Positions 27,901 through 40,014 of a stretch of DNA of 64,000 nt are shown piece by piece. A model generated the notes under the pieces. The model saw only the letters and a list, made by a program, of their open reading frames with translations. It was not told the origin of the DNA and searched no databases. The position numbers and the translations under genes were made by a program. Source of the stretch: Fimbriosthenelais zetlandica (Eukaryota); contig OZ365118.1 in NCBI GenBank assembly GCA_977030845.1, positions 22,382,001 to 22,446,000 on the forward strand, in the 5' to 3' direction. How positions within the stretch are numbered: the first letter of the stretch is position 1; the number at the start of each line of letters is the position of its first letter.

Positions 27901-28027
27901 CGGAGCATATTTCCCCCAGCCCTGGGCTATTGCCTACCGACCATATTCAGGCAGTTACACCTCTGGACATCTGGTTCTCTCTCATCTTCAATACATCAGA
28001 TTTTATCATTTATCAGATGACGTCTGA
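311..28027 (+). CDS. Giant type II membrane protein with 20 NHL beta-propeller exons plus mucin (paralog 1), ~8,330 aa if all 23 coding exons are used
   Basis: Hand-built exons, all phase 1: 311-917, 1039-1173, 1286-2194, 2302-3213, 3341-4252, 4360-5271, 5408-6319, 6451-7362, 7490-8401, 8533-15600, 15774-15896, 16028-16918, 17026-17916, 18048-18938, 19070-19981, 20089-20979, 21087-21977, 22109-23020, 23128-24018, 24150-25040, 25148-26038, 26170-27081, 27213-28027. Internal exon lengths are multiples of 3 and no stops occur. The ATG at 311 has an in-frame upstream stop. Confidence 0.8.
337..780 (+). repeat. 72-bp coding repeat (RVESEVGGMAGRMVGQTEGRTEGM) x6
   Basis: Units start at 337, 409, 481, 553, 625, 697. 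Confidence 0.95.
1039..1173 (+). CDS. Linker exon (KDKTVSTGGTGAALTGTGTLPGAQPPPLQFPVLPSVTRTNQQTQ)
   Basis: tttccag acceptor, caag|gtaaga donor, 135 nt open frame; a 135-nt homologous exon lies at 31275-31409. Confidence 0.85.
1286..8401 (+). CDS. Array of 7 tandem NHL-propeller exons (909-912 nt) separated by 107-136 nt introns
   Basis: NHL-like motifs GSSDGDFNSPIGAT, IMVSDYNNNRISVFSDDGQFL, FSQPWAIA; most introns carry a (C/T)TAAC branch point and ttttatttcag acceptor. Confidence 0.85.
8533..15600 (+). CDS. NHL propeller 8 fused to mucin domain (7,068-nt exon)
   Basis: Continuous ORF with a phase-1 donor CCA A|gtatgt at 15601; the ORF-track tail beyond 15600 (CSLCVLCIC...) reads as intron. 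Confidence 0.7.
9440..15600 (+). repeat. 18-bp coding repeat (MPNTTA/MPTTIS/MPNITS), roughly 340 units
   Basis: Hexapeptide period; synonymous third-position variation (cca/cct/ccc, act/aca/acc) with the frame preserved. Confidence 0.95.
15774..15896 (+). CDS. Second, diverged linker exon (AVTIAAVDTGGGVSPPDTGQQAPLQFPALPTVSRTNQQTQ)
   Basis: tctcttatacag acceptor, caag|gtaaca donor, 123 nt, phase 1-1; 3' half is homologous to exon 1039-1173. Confidence 0.7.
16028..27081 (+). CDS. Array of 11 tandem NHL-propeller exons (891 or 912 nt)
   Basis: Same splice signals and motifs as the first array; 8 of 11 lack 21 nt (GTGTLPG). Confidence 0.85.
27213..28027 (+). CDS. Terminal, divergent NHL-propeller exon with stop
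   Basis: ttcatttcag|ctaaattcc acceptor; KFLFECEEPRDSNGHIATVNDL ... RFYHLSDDV*; no linker tail. Confidence 0.85.
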
Positions 28028-28474
28028 TAGCAAGTATGTTCCTCCCTCTCCCACTTCACTGCCAAACATGTAGCAACACAAATAACGCTACTGACACCAC
28101 AGACATTCTTCATAATGTTCCTCATGTAATAACCATGGCAGAGTGCCTCCTAATTATTGTAAAGCCTTTATAATGCTACTCAATTCAAATTGTTGTCTTA
28201 TATGATATGTGATGAAAATAAGAATGGTAATAGGAACCATGTTAACCGATTTATTATTCATGTACTTCTAATCATGTTACTCTACAAAGTAATGTAACAT
28301 AACATTTACCAGAAATACACATAATTACGATGACGTAAAGATATATAAAGTATGTGATGATCTTGATCTATACACTCAATAACCCATTGAACTCACCAGA
28401 AATGACATATATTTTGGTCATCTTGTAAATTCAAGTTTGATTTTGTATATATGCTATTTTTCATAATGTACATT

Positions 28475-28486
28475 AATAAAAATAAA
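28475..28486 (+). terminator. Candidate tandem AATAAA poly(A) signal (also 40470-40481 for paralog 2)
   Basis: aataaaaataaa ~450 nt after the stop, conserved in both copies. Confidence 0.35.
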
Positions 28487-28659
28487 CGTCTTTCAATCCA
28501 TGAATCTGAATTATACGTTTGTAATGTGACCAACCAAGTTAACGGTATCAATACAACCATATTATGCCCACAATAACCGTTGGGTTCGTAAATATTCATT
28601 TATATCTTTGATATTAATGTATAATTAAAGAGATTGCTGGTATTGGGAAAGATTTTCAT

Positions 28660-28705
28660 CGCGTTATTGCAGTAGTTTGGCCGGACCTGCTGATGACATT
28701 TCCAC
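28660..28705 (-). pseudogene. Degenerate remnant of the SLCO last-exon end
   Basis: ggccggacctgctgatgacat (MSSAGPAK on -) matches ggcgggcctgctgacgacat at 40681 (MSSAGPPQ*), at the equivalent position of the duplicated flank. Confidence 0.55.
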
Positions 28706-29083
28706 GCCGAATCATTCAATAAGAAAGTGAACAGAGTAGAAAACAGTTTATGGGCATTGCATGCATTGGTGTTGAAGCAGAAAGTGATAAAAACACAATG
28801 ATCCCAGCTTCTTGCCATGAAGTGTCATAGAGTGATAGACGGTCAAAGGGTGATCATACAAAAAGCCACGGTGAAGTCATTAGGGTATGTAAGACAACAA
28901 AATATGACTTGTTGTCTGAGCTTGGCTTTGGGATAGAGATGTCCGAGGCTATAATCACTTGTCGTTCTAAGCTGAAACCATGGCTATAAACTCAGAATGA
29001 ATATTAGTTTAACTTCCAGTCAGCCTTATCATAAATTAACCACCAGGATGGATGACATCTTATTTGCGCCAAAGTCACCAAAG

Positions 29084-29482
29084 CATGGTACAGGGATGTG
29101 GGGGCGGGGGTTAGGATGCTTACAGTGCACGTTTGGCAGTCACCAAAGCATGGAATAGGTGTCAATTTCATTAAAAAGTACAAAAGTATAAAGTATGTCA
29201 ATTTAAAAGTATACAGTATACAATGAGGCTAACCACTAGGGTGCTGACAGTGCACTCTTTTCCTCATTGACCAATAGGGTGACACTACAGTGAGTGGTCA
29301 ATGGGGGAAAGGAATGACCGGAATACAAGATCTGACCAGAAGGGGTCCGGTCAGTTACACAATGTTATGCTCCGAATATGATCCTGTACCACTTGTAATA
29401 TACAACATGCAGTGCATGGTACAGGGATGTGGGGGCGGGGGTTAGGATGTGGGGGCGGGGGTTAGGATGCTTACAGTGCACT
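29084..29482. repeat. G-rich direct repeat (catggtacagggatgtgggggcgggggttaggatgcttacagtgcac) at ~29084 and ~29415
   Basis: Two copies; the second has an internal duplication of the G-tracts. Confidence 0.75.
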
Positions 29483-30240
29483 TTTGGCCGTCTAAGTCAC
29501 TCTTTCCTTCATTTACTTCACTCACTCTTTACCTGCCGTGTTTGCAGCCAGCATACTGGCCCCTTCTCAGATAACATCTATGATTGAGTAAGTCTATTTC
29601 CTTTAACTTATATTCCAATGTTATATTGTGATATATTATGATTATTCATTTTTGTGGCATTTATATATATAGATATCGTTATTCAATATTTCAAGGTTCT
29701 GTTATGTTATATTGCAGTGTGTGTCTCTATCCCCTAACTGTCCACATCCACATTCTATCTTATATTCCTCACCAAAACGCTGAGGTAAGTCATAATATAT
29801 GATATATTAAAGATTATTATATAAAAACATATATATCTATATCTATATTAGCCACTTCTATAGATATATGTGCAATAAATAGTTATCATATTCATTGAAA
29901 TTGTTACTGTATAAGCTCCCAATCATTATCATTGTATAATACTGTTATCTAATAATCATCTTTGTGGAATGTATAATAAAAACAACTAACAGCAACTCGT
30001 TTCTATTCTACCTTGACAAATCCCGAAACAAGTGGTGCGGATCACACTTTAAACAGCCGCACTTGAGAGGCGGAGGAGGATACACCTCCCACACACCTCC
30101 CGTAACGTAAGCTCTTAACGTAGCTGGTGCATGACATTGGGGCGGGGAGTGGGGGGGGGGGGTTGCAAGAGCTATCTGCAGGAGCTATCTGCAGGAGCTA
30201 TCAGCACGGATCACCTGATGCTTCACACATTCTGCCAGGG

Positions 30241-30900
30241 TCTATGATGTCTGTCATACTTGTCCCTGTTATCAAAGATAAAGCTGGCAACATATCGTCC
30301 AAAAACAATTACAGACCCATTGCCCTAACAAGTATCATCAGCAAAGTTGTAGAAAATAGAGGTTATAATGTGTGATTATAAATATATTGAAAAGTGGACC
30401 TATGTTGTATCTACTCCAGTAGGAGGAGGATCGGTCAGCCCGAAGGCCTCCTGGTGTTAATCTTAAGCATTGTGATTGTATGTCTCCAAGGTAGCAGGAC
30501 CAAAACAATTAGTTGGGGTTGGTCCCCGGTTGCTGCAGGTCGCTGTGATTTTTCGCTCTGTACTGTTTGATAAATTAACTCAATTAACTATGAGAGTAAA
30601 AAAATATATAGGAGTGCCCTATCTGGTCTATTTACTGTGACAAATGGAGTAAGGCAGAAAGGTTTAAGCTCCAAGCTCAATTCATGTAAAATAGGCTGTG
30701 CCATGAACAATTTAGTCATCAACCATATTATGTATATGCAGATGACCTTGTATTATTTGCAGCATCTGTAACAGGCATGAACAAGTTGCTAAACATATGT
30801 GAAGAGTTTGGCCGCAGTCATTATGTTAAATATAATACAAACAAAAGTTTTATGTCATTCAGGGCCTCATACCTCAAAGGTGTTAATCTACCCGAGTTCA
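30241..30900 (+). mobile_element. Degenerate non-LTR retrotransposon (LINE) reverse transcriptase fragment
   Basis: LVPVIKDKAGNISSKNNYRPIALTSIISKVVE (30241-30375), FTVTNGVRQ (30646), frameshifted YADDLVLF (30735), GMNKLLNICEEFG...KYNTNKS; internal deletions and stops. Confidence 0.8.
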
Positions 30901-30960
30901 TCTTAAGGAAAGACAGAAGGAAGGACAGGAGGGGTAAGAGGAGACAGTGAAGTCGGGGGC

Positions 30961-33900
30961 ATGGCAGGGAGAATGACAGAAAGAACGACGGGAAGAATGA
31001 CGGGAAGAATGACAGGAGGATTGAGAGAAGACAGTGAGGAGGGAGGCCGAGGGCATTTTGCCAGGAGGACGCCTAAATGGATCCTCATCGTGCTGTGTGG
31101 CATCTTACTCTGCATTATAGCTATCGTTGTCCTGACACTTACACTCAAAGGTAATCTTTATATTTTATACACTTCAGTCTCTTTCAGTGTGAACAATTAA
31201 CAAAATCAAACAATTATTAGCAAAATATTATTAACAATCGAATAATAATAAAGGATGGATTATTCAATATCTAGACAAAGATCAGACGGTATCTACGGGT
31301 GGAACGGGTACAGCTCTAGCCAGGACAGGCGCCTTGACAGGTGCACAGCCTCCTCCCCTCCAATTCCCAGTTTTACCAAGTATCACCAGAAAAAACCAGC
31401 AAACCCAAGGTAAGACATACTTTCTCCCTTAACTCATAAATACTGCTAAATTAAATCATATTGCTCATCAAGTGGGGGCATTGGGGCTCCTGGAAGGCTA
31501 CTACTGGCACATTATCTAACTGAGCTCACTTTTATTTCAGCTACTTTCCTCTTGGAATGTGAAGAACCTCGGGATAGCAATGGTAACATCGCCAAGGTTA
31601 GTGACCTTTGTTGGTTGGACGATTCTACACTCATGCTAACTCAAAAGTCTGCTCAACGTGTCATCCACATCCACATCGAGTGGGAGAACTTGGCATGTAC
31701 ACACGATATAGTCGACTCAGGCTTCACACCTGAAAGTATCACCTGCTCACATTCAAGAGAAATCTATGTGACAGACAGCGACAAAGTGGTGAGAATCTAC
31801 AAACATCACAACAAAACAACCTGGATACCTCAAAGTGCAGCAGACATCCATTCTGTACATGTTATAGGTGATCGTTACTTTGTCACAGCTGAGACAGGAC
31901 CAGTCTACGTTTATAACAAGGCCAGACAGTTGGAGAGGACTCTACCCATTGGTACTGGCCAGTGTAAATTGGGAGATGTGCATATCAGAGAAGACGGGCT
32001 CTTTTTCGCCATTAATAGTGACCATCAACTTGTCTTATATAACCTGGTAGAATGTACACTTGTTACAGTCGGGGGAAGTGGGTCTTCAGATGGTGATTTC
32101 AATTTACCTATAGGGGCTACAGCTGGCCCAGGTAGAACAATAATGGTCACTGATTTTATTAACAATAGAGTCAGTGTCTTCTCAGATGATGGTCAATTCC
32201 TACAGCAGTTGCAGCAAGTTGGCTCTGGCACCACTTTCCTCCATCCCTGGGCTATTGCCTACCGACCATATTCAGGCAGTTACACCTCTGGACATCTGGT
32301 TCTCTCTCATCTTCAATACATCAGATTTTTTGACTTATCTACAACTGGTGCCTCTCCAGCGCTCCCTCCCCCTACAATGCTTCGTACAGCTTCAATCTGT
32401 AATAGTACAAGCTCAATGCCAAGTACAACTGCAATCCCTAGTACAAGCTCAATGCCTAATACAACAGCTATACCTAGTACAACAGCTATGCCTAGTACAA
32501 CCTCAATGCCTAGTACAACTTCAGTGCTTAATACAACAGCAATGCCTAGTACAACCTCAATGCCTAACACAACAGCAATCCCTAGTACAACCTCAATGCC
32601 TAACACAACAGCAATACCTAGTACAACCTCAATGCCTAGTACAACTTCAGTGCTTAATACAACAGCTATGCCTAGTACAACCTCAATGCCTAGTACAACT
32701 TCAGTGCTTAATACAACAGGTATGCCTAGTTCAACCTCAATGCCAAGTACAACTGCAATCCCTAGTACAAGCTCAATGCCAAGTACAACTGCAATCCCTA
32801 GTACAAGCTCAATGCCAAGTACAACTGCAATCCCTAGTACAACCTCAATGGAAAATACAACTGCAATGCCAAATACAATTGCAATGCCTAATACAACAGC
32901 TATTCCTAGTACAAACTCAATGCCTAATACAACAGCTATGCCCAGTACAACCTCAATTGCAAATACAACAGCTATGCCTAGTACAACCTCAATGCCTAAT
33001 ACAACAGCTATGCCTAGTACAACCTCAATGCCTAATACAACTGCAATGCCTAGTACAACTTCAATGCCCAATACAACAGCAATACCTAGTACAACCTCAA
33101 TGCCAAATCCAACTGCAATGCCCAATACAACTGCAATGCCCAATACAACTGCAATGCCCAATACAACTGCAATCCCTAGTACAATCTCAATGCCTAATAC
33201 AACAGCTATGCCCAGTACAACCTCAATGCCTAATACAACAGCTATGCCTAGCACAACAGCTATACCTAGTACAACCTCAATGCCTAATACAACAGCTATT
33301 CCTAGTACAACCTCAATGCCTAATACAACTGCAATCCCTAGTACAATCTCAATGCCTAATACAACAGCTATGCCCAGTACAACCTCAATGCCTAATACAA
33401 CTGCAATGCCTAGCACAACAGCTATACCTAGTACAACCTCAATGCCTAATACAACAGCTATTCCTAGTACAACCTCAATGCCTAATACAACAGCTATTCC
33501 TAGTACAACCTCAATGCCTAATACAACAGCTATTCCTAGTACAATCTCAATGCATAATACAACAGCTATGCCCAGTACAACCTCAATGCCTAATACAACA
33601 GCAATCCCTAGTACAACCTCAATGCCAAGTACAACTGCAATCCCTAGTACAACCCCAATGACTAATACAACCGCAATGCCTAATACAACTGCAATACCTA
33701 GTACAATCTCAAAGCCTAATACAACTGCAATCCCTAGTACAGCCCCAATGCCTAATACAACCGCAATGCCTAATACAACTGCAATGCCTAGTACAATCTC
33801 AATGCCTAATACAACAGCTATGCCTAGTACAACCTCAATGCCCAATACAACTGCAATCCCTAGTACAACTTCAGTGCTTAATACAACTGCAATACCTAGT

Positions 33901-36900
33901 ACAATCTCTATGCCCAATACAACTGCAATGCCTAGTACAACCTCAATGCCCAATACAACTGCAATGCCTAGTACAACCTCAATGGCCAATACAACTGCAA
34001 TACTTAGTACAATCTCAATGCCTAATAGAACTGCAATGCCTAGTACAACCTCATTGCCCAATACAACTGCAATGCCTAGTACAACCTCAATGGCCAATAC
34101 AACTGCAATACCTAATACAATCTCAAAGCCTAATACAACTGCAATCCCTAGTACAGCCCCAATACCTAATACAACCGCAATGCCTAATACAACTGCAATG
34201 CCTAGTACAATCTCAATGCCTAATACAACAGCTATGCCTAGTACAACCTCAATGCCCAATACAACTGCAATCCCTAGTACAACTTCAGTGCTTAATACAA
34301 CAGCAATACCTAGTACAACCTCAATGCCTAATACAACTGCAATGACAAATAAAACTGCATTGCCTCGTACAACCGCAATGCCTAGTACAACCTCAATTGC
34401 AAATACAACTGCAATGCTAAATCCAACTGCAATGTCTAATACAACTGCAATACCTAGTACAATTTCAATGCCCAATACAACTGCAATGCCTAGTACAACT
34501 TCAATGCCCAATACAACAGCAATACCTAGTACAACCTCAATGCCAAATCCAACTGCAATGCCCAATACAACTGCAATGCCAAATCCAACTGCAATGTCTA
34601 ATACAACTGCAATACCTAGTACAATTTCAATGCCCAATACAACTGCAATGCCTAGTACAACTTCAATGCCCAATACAACAGCAATACCTAGTACAACCTC
34701 AATGCCAAATCCAACTGCAATGCCCAATACAACTGCAATGCCAAATCCAACTGCAATGCCCAATACAACAGCAATACCTAGTACAACCTCAATGCCAAAT
34801 CCAACTGCAATGCCCAATACAACTGCAATGCCAAATCCAACTGCAATGTCTAATACAACTGCAATACCTAGTACAACTTCAATGCCCAATACAACAGCAA
34901 TACCTAGTACAACCTCAATGCCAAATCCAACTGCAATCCGTAGTACTATCTCAATGCCTAATACAACAGCTATGCCCAGTACAACCTCAATGCCCAATAC
35001 AACAGCAATCCGTAGTACTATCTCAATGCCCAATACAACAGCAATCCGTAGTACTATCTCAATGCCCAATACAACTGCAATGCCTAGCACAACAGCTATA
35101 CCCAGTACAACCTCAATGCCTAATACAACAGCAATCCGTAGTACAACCTCAATGCCAAGTACAACTGCAATCCCTAGTACAACCCCAATGACTAATACAA
35201 CCGCAATGCCTAATACAACTGCAATGCCTAGTACAATCTCAATGCCTAATACAACAGCTATGCCAAGTACAACCTCAATGCCCAATACAACTGCAATCCC
35301 TAGTACAACTTCAGTGCTTAATACAACTGCAATACCTAGTACAATCTCTATGCCCAATACAACTGCAATGCCTAGTACAACCTCAATGCCCAATACAACT
35401 GCAATGCCTAGTACAACCTCAATGGCCAATACAACTGCAATACTTAGTACAATCTCAATGCCTAATAGAACTGCAATGCCTAGTACAACCTCATTGCCCA
35501 ATACAACTGCAATGCCTAGTACAACCTCAATGGCCAATACAACTGCAATACCTAGTACAATCTCAAAGCCTAATACAACTGCAATCCCTAGTACAGCCCC
35601 AATGCCTAATACAACCGCAATGCCTAATACAACTGCAATACCTAGTACAATCTCTATGCCCAATACAACTGCAATGCCTAGTACAACCTCATTGCCCAAT
35701 ACAACTGCAATACCTAGTACAACCCCAATGACTAATACAACCGCAATGCCTAATACAACTGCAATACCTAGTACAATCTCAAAGCCTAATACAACTGCAA
35801 TCCCTAGTACAGCCCCAATGCCTAATACAACCGCAATGCCTAATACAACTGCAATGCCTAGTACAATCTCAATGCCTAATACAACAGCTATGCCTAGTAC
35901 AACCTCAATGCCCAATACGACTGCAATCCCTAGTACAACTTCAGTGCTTAATACAACTGCAATACCTAGTACAATCTCTATGCCCAATACAACTGCAATG
36001 CCTAGTACAACCTCAATGCCCAATACAACTGCAATGCCTAGTACAACCTCATTGCCCAATACAACTGCAATGCCTAGTACAACCTCAATAGCCAATACAA
36101 CTGCAATACCTAGTACAATCTCAAAGCCTAATACAACTGCAATCCCTAGTACAGCCCCAATACCTAACACAACCGCAATGCCTAATACAACTGCAATGCC
36201 TAGTACAATCTCAATGCCTAATACAACAGCTATGCCTAGTACAACCTCAATGCCCAATACGACTGCAATCCCTAGTACAACTTCAGTGCTTAATACAACT
36301 GCAATACCTAGTACAATCTCTATGCCCAATACAACTGCAATGCCTAGTACAACCTCAATGCCCAATACAACAGCAATACCTAGTACAACCTCAATGCCTA
36401 ATACAACTGCAATGACAAATAAAACTGCATTGCCTCGTACAACCGCAATGCCTAGTACAACCTCAATTGCAAATACAACTGCAATGCCAAATCCAACTGC
36501 AATGTCTAATACAACTGCAATACCTAGTACAATTTCGATGCCCAATACAACTGCAATGCCTAGTACAACTTCAATGCCCAATACAACAGCAATACCTAGT
36601 ACAACCTCAATGCCAAATCCAACTGCAATGCCCAATACAACTGCAATGCCAAATCCAACTGCAATGTCTAATACAACTGCAATACCTAGTACAATTTCAA
36701 TGCCCAATACAACTGCAATGCCTAGTACAACTTCAATGCCCAATACAACAGCAATACCTAGTACAACCTCAATGCCAAATCCAACTGCAATGCCCAATAC
36801 AACTGCAATCCCTAGTACAATCTCAATGCCTAATACAACTGCAATGCCCAATACAACTGCAATCCCTAGTACAATCTCAATGCCTAATACAACAGCTATG

Positions 36901-39900
36901 CCCAGTACAACCTCAATGCCTAATACTACTGCAATACCTAGTACTATCTCAATGCCTAATACAACAGCTATGCCCAGTACAACCTCAATGCCCAATACAA
37001 CTGCAATCCCTAGTACAATCTCAATGCCTAATACAACTGCAATGCCCAATACAACTGCAATCCCTAGTACAATCTCAATGCCTAATACAACAGCAATCCC
37101 TAGTACAACCTCAATGCCAAGTACAACTGCAATCCCTAGTACAACCCCAATGACTAATACAACCGCAATGCCTAATACAACTGCAATACCTAGTACAATC
37201 TCAAAGCCTAATACAACTGCAATCCCTAGTACAGCCCCAATGCCTAATACAACCGCAATGCCTAGCACAACAGCTATACCCAGTACAACCTCAATGCCTA
37301 ATACAACAGCTATGCCCAGTACAACCTCAATGCCTAATACAACAGCTATGCCTAGTTCAACCTCAATGCCTAGTACAACCTCAATGCCTAATACAACTGA
37401 AATACCTAGTACAACCTCAATGCCTAACACAACAGCAATCCCTATTACAACCTCAATGCCAAGTACAACTGCAATCCCTAGTACAGCCCCAATGACTAAT
37501 ACAACCGCAATGCCTAATACAACTGCAATACCTAGTACAATCTCAAAGCCTAATACAACTGCAATCCCTAGTACAGCCCCAATGCCTAATACCACCGCAA
37601 TGCCTAATACAACTGCAATGCCTAGTACAATCTCAATGCCTAATACAACAGCTATGCCTAGTACAACCTCAATGCCCAATACAACTGCAATGCCTAGTAC
37701 AACCTCAATGGCCAATACAACTGCAATACTTAGTACAATCTCAATGCCTAATAGAACTGCAATACCTAGTACAACCTCATTGCCCAATACAACTGCAATA
37801 CCTAGTACAACCTCATTGCCCAATACAACTGCAATGCCTAGTACAACCTCAATGCCCAATACAACAGCAATACCTAGTACAACCTCAATGCCTAATACAA
37901 CTGCAATGACAAATAAAACTGCAATGCCTCGTACAACCGCAATGCCTAGTACAACCTCAATTGCAAATACAACTGCAATGCCAAATCCAACTGCAATGTC
38001 TAATACAACTGCAATACCTAGTACAATCTCAATGCCCAATACAACTGCAATGCCTAGTACAACTTCAATGCCCAATACAACAGCAATACCTAGTACAACC
38101 TCAATGCCAAATCCAACTGCAATGCCCAATACAACTGCAATCCCTAGTACAATCTCAATGCCTAATACAACAGCTATGCCCAGTACAACCTCAATGCCTA
38201 ATACAACTGAAATACCTAGTACAATCTCAATGCCTAATACAACAGCAATACCTAGTACAATCTCAATGCCTAATACAACAACTATGCCCAGTACAACCTC
38301 AATGCCCAATACAACTTCAATGCCTAGCACAACAGCTATACCTAATACAACCTCAATGCCTAATACAACAGCTATTCCTAGTACAATCTCAATGCATAAT
38401 ACAACAGCTATGCCCAGTACAACCTCAATGCCTAATACAACTGCAATACCTAGTACAACTTCAATGCCTAATACAACTGCAATGCCAAGTACAACCTCAA
38501 TGCCCAATACAACTGCAATGCCTAATACAACCCCAATACCCAATACAACTGCAATGCCTAGTACAACCTCAATGGCAAATACAACTGCAATGCCTAGCAC
38601 AACAGCCATACCTAGTGCAACCTCAATGCCTAATACAACACCTATGCCTAATACAACAGCTATGCCTAGTACAACCTCAATGCCTAATACAACCGCAATG
38701 CCTAGTACAAATACAACTGCAATGCCAAATACAACTGCAATGTCTAATACAACAGCTATGCCTAGTACAATCTCAATGCCTAATACAACCTCAATGCCTA
38801 GTACAACCCCAATTGCAAATACAACTGCAATGCCAAATACAACTGCAATGCCCAATACAACTGCAATAACTAGTACAATCTCAATGCCTAATGCAACTGC
38901 AATGCCTAATACAACTGCAATGCCAAATACATCTGCAATGTCTAATACAACAGCTATGCCTAGTACAACAGCAATGCCTAGTACAACCTCAATGCTTAAT
39001 ACAACAGCTATGCCTAGTACAACCTCAATGCCTAATAGAACTGCAATGCCTAGTTCAACCTCAGTGCTTAATACAACTACAATGCCAAATACAACTGTAA
39101 TGCCTAATACAACAGCTATGCCTAGTACAATCTCAATGCCCAATACAACTGCAATGCCTTGTACAACGTCAATGTCAACTGCAATGTTAAATACAGCTAA
39201 ATTCCTGTTTGAATGTGAAGAACCTCGGGATAGCAATGGACATATCGCGACAGTTAACGATCTTTGTTGGTTGGACGATTCTACACTCATGCTAACTCAA
39301 CCGTCTGCTAAACGTGTCATCCATATCCACATCGAGTGGGAGAACTTGGCATGTACACACGATATAGTCGACTCAGGCTTCACACCTGAAAGTATCACCT
39401 GCTCACATTCAAGAGAAGCCTATGTGACAGACAGCGACAAAGTGGTGAGAATCTACAAACATCACAACAAAACAACCTGGATACCTCAAAGTGCAGCAGA
39501 CATCCATTCTGTACATGTTATAGGTGATCGTTACTTTGTCACAGCTGAGACAGGACCAGTCTACGTTTATAACAAGGCCAGACAGTTGGAGAGGACTCTG
39601 CCCATTGGTTCTGGCAAGTTCAATTTCAGAGATATCCACATCAGAGAGGACGGCCTGTTTTTTGCTACTATTAGTGGTGGCCATCAACTTGTCTTATATA
39701 ACCTGGTAGATTCTAACCTTATCGCAGTAGGGGAACGTGGAAGTTCAGATGGTGATTTCAATTTAGCTATAGGGGCTACAGCGGGCCCCAGTAGGACCAT
39801 ACTTGTGAGTGATTATATAAACAACAGAATCAGTGTCTTCTCAGATGATGGTCAATTCCTACACCAGTTAAACACAGATCGCTCTGGAGAATATTTACCC

Positions 39901-40014
39901 GAACCCTGGGCCATTGCCTACCGACCATATTCAGGCAGTTACACCTCTGGATATCTGGTTCTCTCTCATATTCAAAACATCAGATTTTATCATTTATCTC
40001 ATGACATCTGTTAG
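30961..40014 (+). CDS. Paralog 2: type II membrane protein, TM - NHL - mucin - NHL, ~2,930 aa
   Basis: Exons 30961-31150 (TM WILIVLCGILLCIIAIVVLTLTL, donor AAA G|gtaatc), 31275-31409 and 31541-40014, all phase 1; first in-frame ATG after a stop at 30904. Confidence 0.75.
32400..39190 (+). repeat. 18-bp coding mucin repeat (MPNTTA/IPSTTS/MPSTIS), roughly 375 units
   Basis: Hexapeptide period; higher-order blocks (TNKTA recurs near 34345, 36415, 37910); frame preserved across irregular indels. Confidence 0.95.

Larger units (their letters stand above)
28028..28705. repeat. Duplicated 3' flank, homologous to 40015-40705
   Basis: Long near-identical stretches such as actgccaaacatgtagcaacacaaataacgc and cattaataaaaataaacgtc occur in both. 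Confidence 0.9.

Noticed and set aside
30420-30600. Possible SINE inside the LINE remnant (ggttggtccccggttgctgc)
   Set aside because: Only a vague resemblance; no clear Pol III A/B boxes or target-site duplication.
32313-39290. 2,325-aa antisense ORF and (QCLIQQ)n shifted-frame ORFs
   Set aside because: Same repeat artefact.
1498-39687. Recurrent 92-aa antisense ORF and ~100-aa overlapping ORF in each unit
   Set aside because: They recur only because the unit is duplicated; no independent features.
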